Of a stretch of DNA of 64,000 nucleotides, positions 61,822-64,000 are shown piece by piece. Origin of the DNA: Octopus sinensis (taxonomy: Eukaryota); NCBI RefSeq assembly GCF_006345805.1, contig NC_043004.1:75268001-75332000 (forward strand), read 5' to 3'. The first letter of the stretch is position 1. Every line of letters begins with the position of its first letter. The notes beneath the pieces were generated by a model. It was not told the DNA's origin. It ran no database searches and worked only from the letters and a program-made list of their open reading frames with translations. The translations under genes and the position numbers were made by a program.

Positions 61822-61916
61822 TTGCAGCTGAAGAGAGCTTTAAACCATCTTTTATATCAAAACTACACTGATGTAATAACGGATTGTTTATAAAGCTTGA
61901 AACACGTGTACTGCAA
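61822..61916 (+). ncRNA. Type I hammerhead ribozyme
   Basis: Stem I ttgcag/ctgcaa; CTGAAGA 61828-34; stem II gagcttta/taaagctt; GAAAC 61899; palindromic ACACGTGT; GUA triplet with predicted cleavage after 61910. Confidence 0.85.
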
Positions 61917-61958
61917 TATCCTTTGTGTTCTGTTTTTAATTTATATTTGATATGTATT

Positions 61959-62001
<43 letters not shown>

Positions 62002-62271
62002 GAGATATTGCATTTCTAAATCTCTCAGAGAAAGTTGTGCAGTAGCAGCATGATAAAGTGATAGTATGTTGTCAACTTAATGTAGCATCCCAAGAAAAGG
62101 AAGAATGGAACTGCTATTTAGTCCCAAGAAACACCATTTAGCCAACTAGAAATGGTTTTTCCATGGGGCTAAATTGCAGTAGCATTCTTCCCTTTCCTGG
62201 GACTACCACATTAAGTTGGCAACAAACCATCACTTTATATATATATATATATATGTATGTATATATATTAT

Positions 62272-62555
62272 TTAGATACAGTAGTTCCCTTCATCCCACC
62301 ATATAAAAGAATTTTGATTTAATACTTACTACTCATTTCTCAGCTACACGTGTTTCTTGAGGTTCTTTTATGGTTCCTTAAGCACGCAGTGTTTTACAGG
62401 AACCTTTCTTAAAATGTAACCCCAATCATCAAGCCTCTAAGTAAGGAACCGTAAAAGAACCTCAAGAAACACGTGTAGCTGAGAAATGAGTAGTAAGTAT
62501 TAATTAAATTAAAATTCTTTTATATGGTGTGATGATGGGATTACTATCTCTAAAT
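62272..62555. repeat. Fold-back inverted repeat carrying the 3' half of a hammerhead in each arm
   Basis: Arms ~62272-62389 and ~62432-62555. GAAAC-acgt-GTA-gctgag at 62466-62483 and its reverse complement at ~62339-62356. Confidence 0.8.
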
Positions 62556-62624
62556 AACATATATTTCCTCATTGAGAATAATTTGAACCCCTGTGATGCT
62601 AGAATTTTTATTCCCTAATAAATA

Positions 62625-62683
<59 letters not shown>

Positions 62684-62696
62684 TGAGAGAGAGAGA

Positions 62697-62932
62697 GAGT
62701 AATCCCTCGCCATACTGCGAATCCCCTATCACGGTTCACCTATAATGGTTGATTATTTAAGCTTATATCGATTCCTCTATGATGTTGTTTTGTATTCATA
62801 ATAAAATAAATATATACAAATTATAAAGATAAAAAATATACGGTACAGTACTGTTTCTACTTCTTGGATTTTCACCTATCGCGGGGGATGGGGTTTGGGA
62901 TGTAACACCTGTGATAGTCGAGGGATTACTGT
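62697..62932. mobile_element. Tigger/pogo-type MITE
   Basis: TIR (c)agtaatccctcg… and …cgagggattactg|ta. Confidence 0.7.
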
Positions 62933-63238
62933 ATATATATATATATATAAAACTCTACTTGTGTATCTGTGTGGGTGTGTCTGTGTGTTTAACTTCCCGG
63001 CATATCTCCTCCTAGCCAACAAATCATAGAACCACAAAAAATGGGTCACTTAAAGTTTAGGCGAATGAAAATTGAACTGCGCTATTTCTGTTCCGAAATT
63101 CATCTCGCAAGTGCAAAAATTGATAATGTGTTTGTTTAGGCCTTATCCCATGCATTGAATAGTGAACTTTACTCAGTCAGCTGTTTGACGTGAACTGTGT
63201 TCACCATGCGTGCAAGCATGTGTAAATTGCATGAAAAT

Positions 63239-63284
<46 letters not shown>

Positions 63285-63293
<9 letters not shown>

Positions 63294-63666
63294 CTGAAGT
63301 TGTCTGTGTGTGGCAGGTTTGATAGCCTTTAACTAACACTATCTCCTCCAAGACCCTGCGGTGCAAGTTGACCAAAATTGAGAGTGTGATAGAAGAAAGC
63401 TTGCTCTTTATTCTGGAGAAGAAAAAATTCAAATCGGAGCATGCTAGGATGAAAAATTATTTATATCAAAAAGGTGCTTTTTTTCTATGGAAATCCCTAT
63501 TTTTTATGATTTTTTGACTGCTGTGTTGCCATTTTTTTGGTGTATTTAAACCAGTAAAATGTTCACTTAAAGAGAATAACAAGCTACATAATGCAAAATT
63601 TTTACTTTTCCAAAATTCCAATTCTAAAGGGTCGAAACAAAACCGAGCAATGCCGGGCGATACTGC

Positions 63667-63670
<4 letters not shown>
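63285..63670 (+). mobile_element. Non-autonomous Helitron-like element
   Basis: Starts in (TA)n with aaagctgaagttgtctgtgtg. Ends ccgagcaatgccggg-cgatactg-CTAC-t, like the 4133-4163 terminus with CTAG changed to CTAC. Confidence 0.5.
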
Positions 63671-63708
<38 letters not shown>

Positions 63709-63769
63709 GTGTGTGTGTGTGTGAGAGTGTGTGTGTGTGTGTGTGTATGTGTGTGCGTGTGTGTGTGTG

Positions 63770-63905
63770 ACAGGCTTCCTTCAATTTCCACCAACGAAAT
63801 CCACTTACAAGGCTTTGGTCAGTTCAAAGCTATAGTAGAAGACACTTGCACAAGGTGTCTTGCAGTGGGACTGAACCTGAAATCATGTGGTTGGGAAGAA
63901 TGTTT
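63770..63905 (-). mobile_element. tRNA-SINE head
   Basis: Reverse complement of the 10157-10320 family. Confidence 0.75.
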
Positions 63906-64000
63906 TTGTTAGCATTTACTGGCAGAGAGCTGACAGAATTATTAGGGAGATGGACCAAATACTTAGTGGCGCTCCACATGTCCTTTAACTTGTGAGTTCG

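Noticed and set aside
62950-63240. Possible second Helitron-like 5' end
   Set aside because: Only the TA-rich start with tgtgtgtctg resembles such elements; no hairpin/CTAG terminus was found.
58000-64000. Further upstream LRP2 exons
   Set aside because: No reading frame with propeller-like sequence and proper splice sites was found by eye. The next exon probably lies beyond the window.

Overview
AT-rich, microsatellite-dense animal genomic DNA. The SINE, RTE and Penelope repertoire looks like octopus/coleoid cephalopod (inference from recalled families, not a search). The only host gene is an LRP2/megalin-like receptor on the minus strand. Six exons could be spliced by hand with GT-AG boundaries and consistent phases: 57808-57988, 24721-24891, 24435-24520, 17664-17801, 12957-13247 and 9779-9895. 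They encode YWTD-propeller blades, an EGF domain and two LDLa repeats. Everything else is intronic: CR1/L2-like, RTE and Tx1/L1-like LINEs, several Penelope-like elements (PLEs) with fold-back inversions, tRNA-derived SINEs, Helitron-like elements and MITEs. Three things stand out. (1) A ~14.5 kb 25-bp satellite expanded from inside the last codons of a TA-flanked mariner-like transposase relic (…RTNTCLELHGQ|array|HFEHL*). (2) A series of type I hammerhead ribozymes and hammerhead-like variants sits in different PLE-type repeats; several have a long stem II and a palindromic stem III. (3) A near-intact Tx1-like LINE and a second 3' fragment of it both sit in (TATC)n, suggesting microsatellite targeting. 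All structural calls were made by eye; none was verified computationally.
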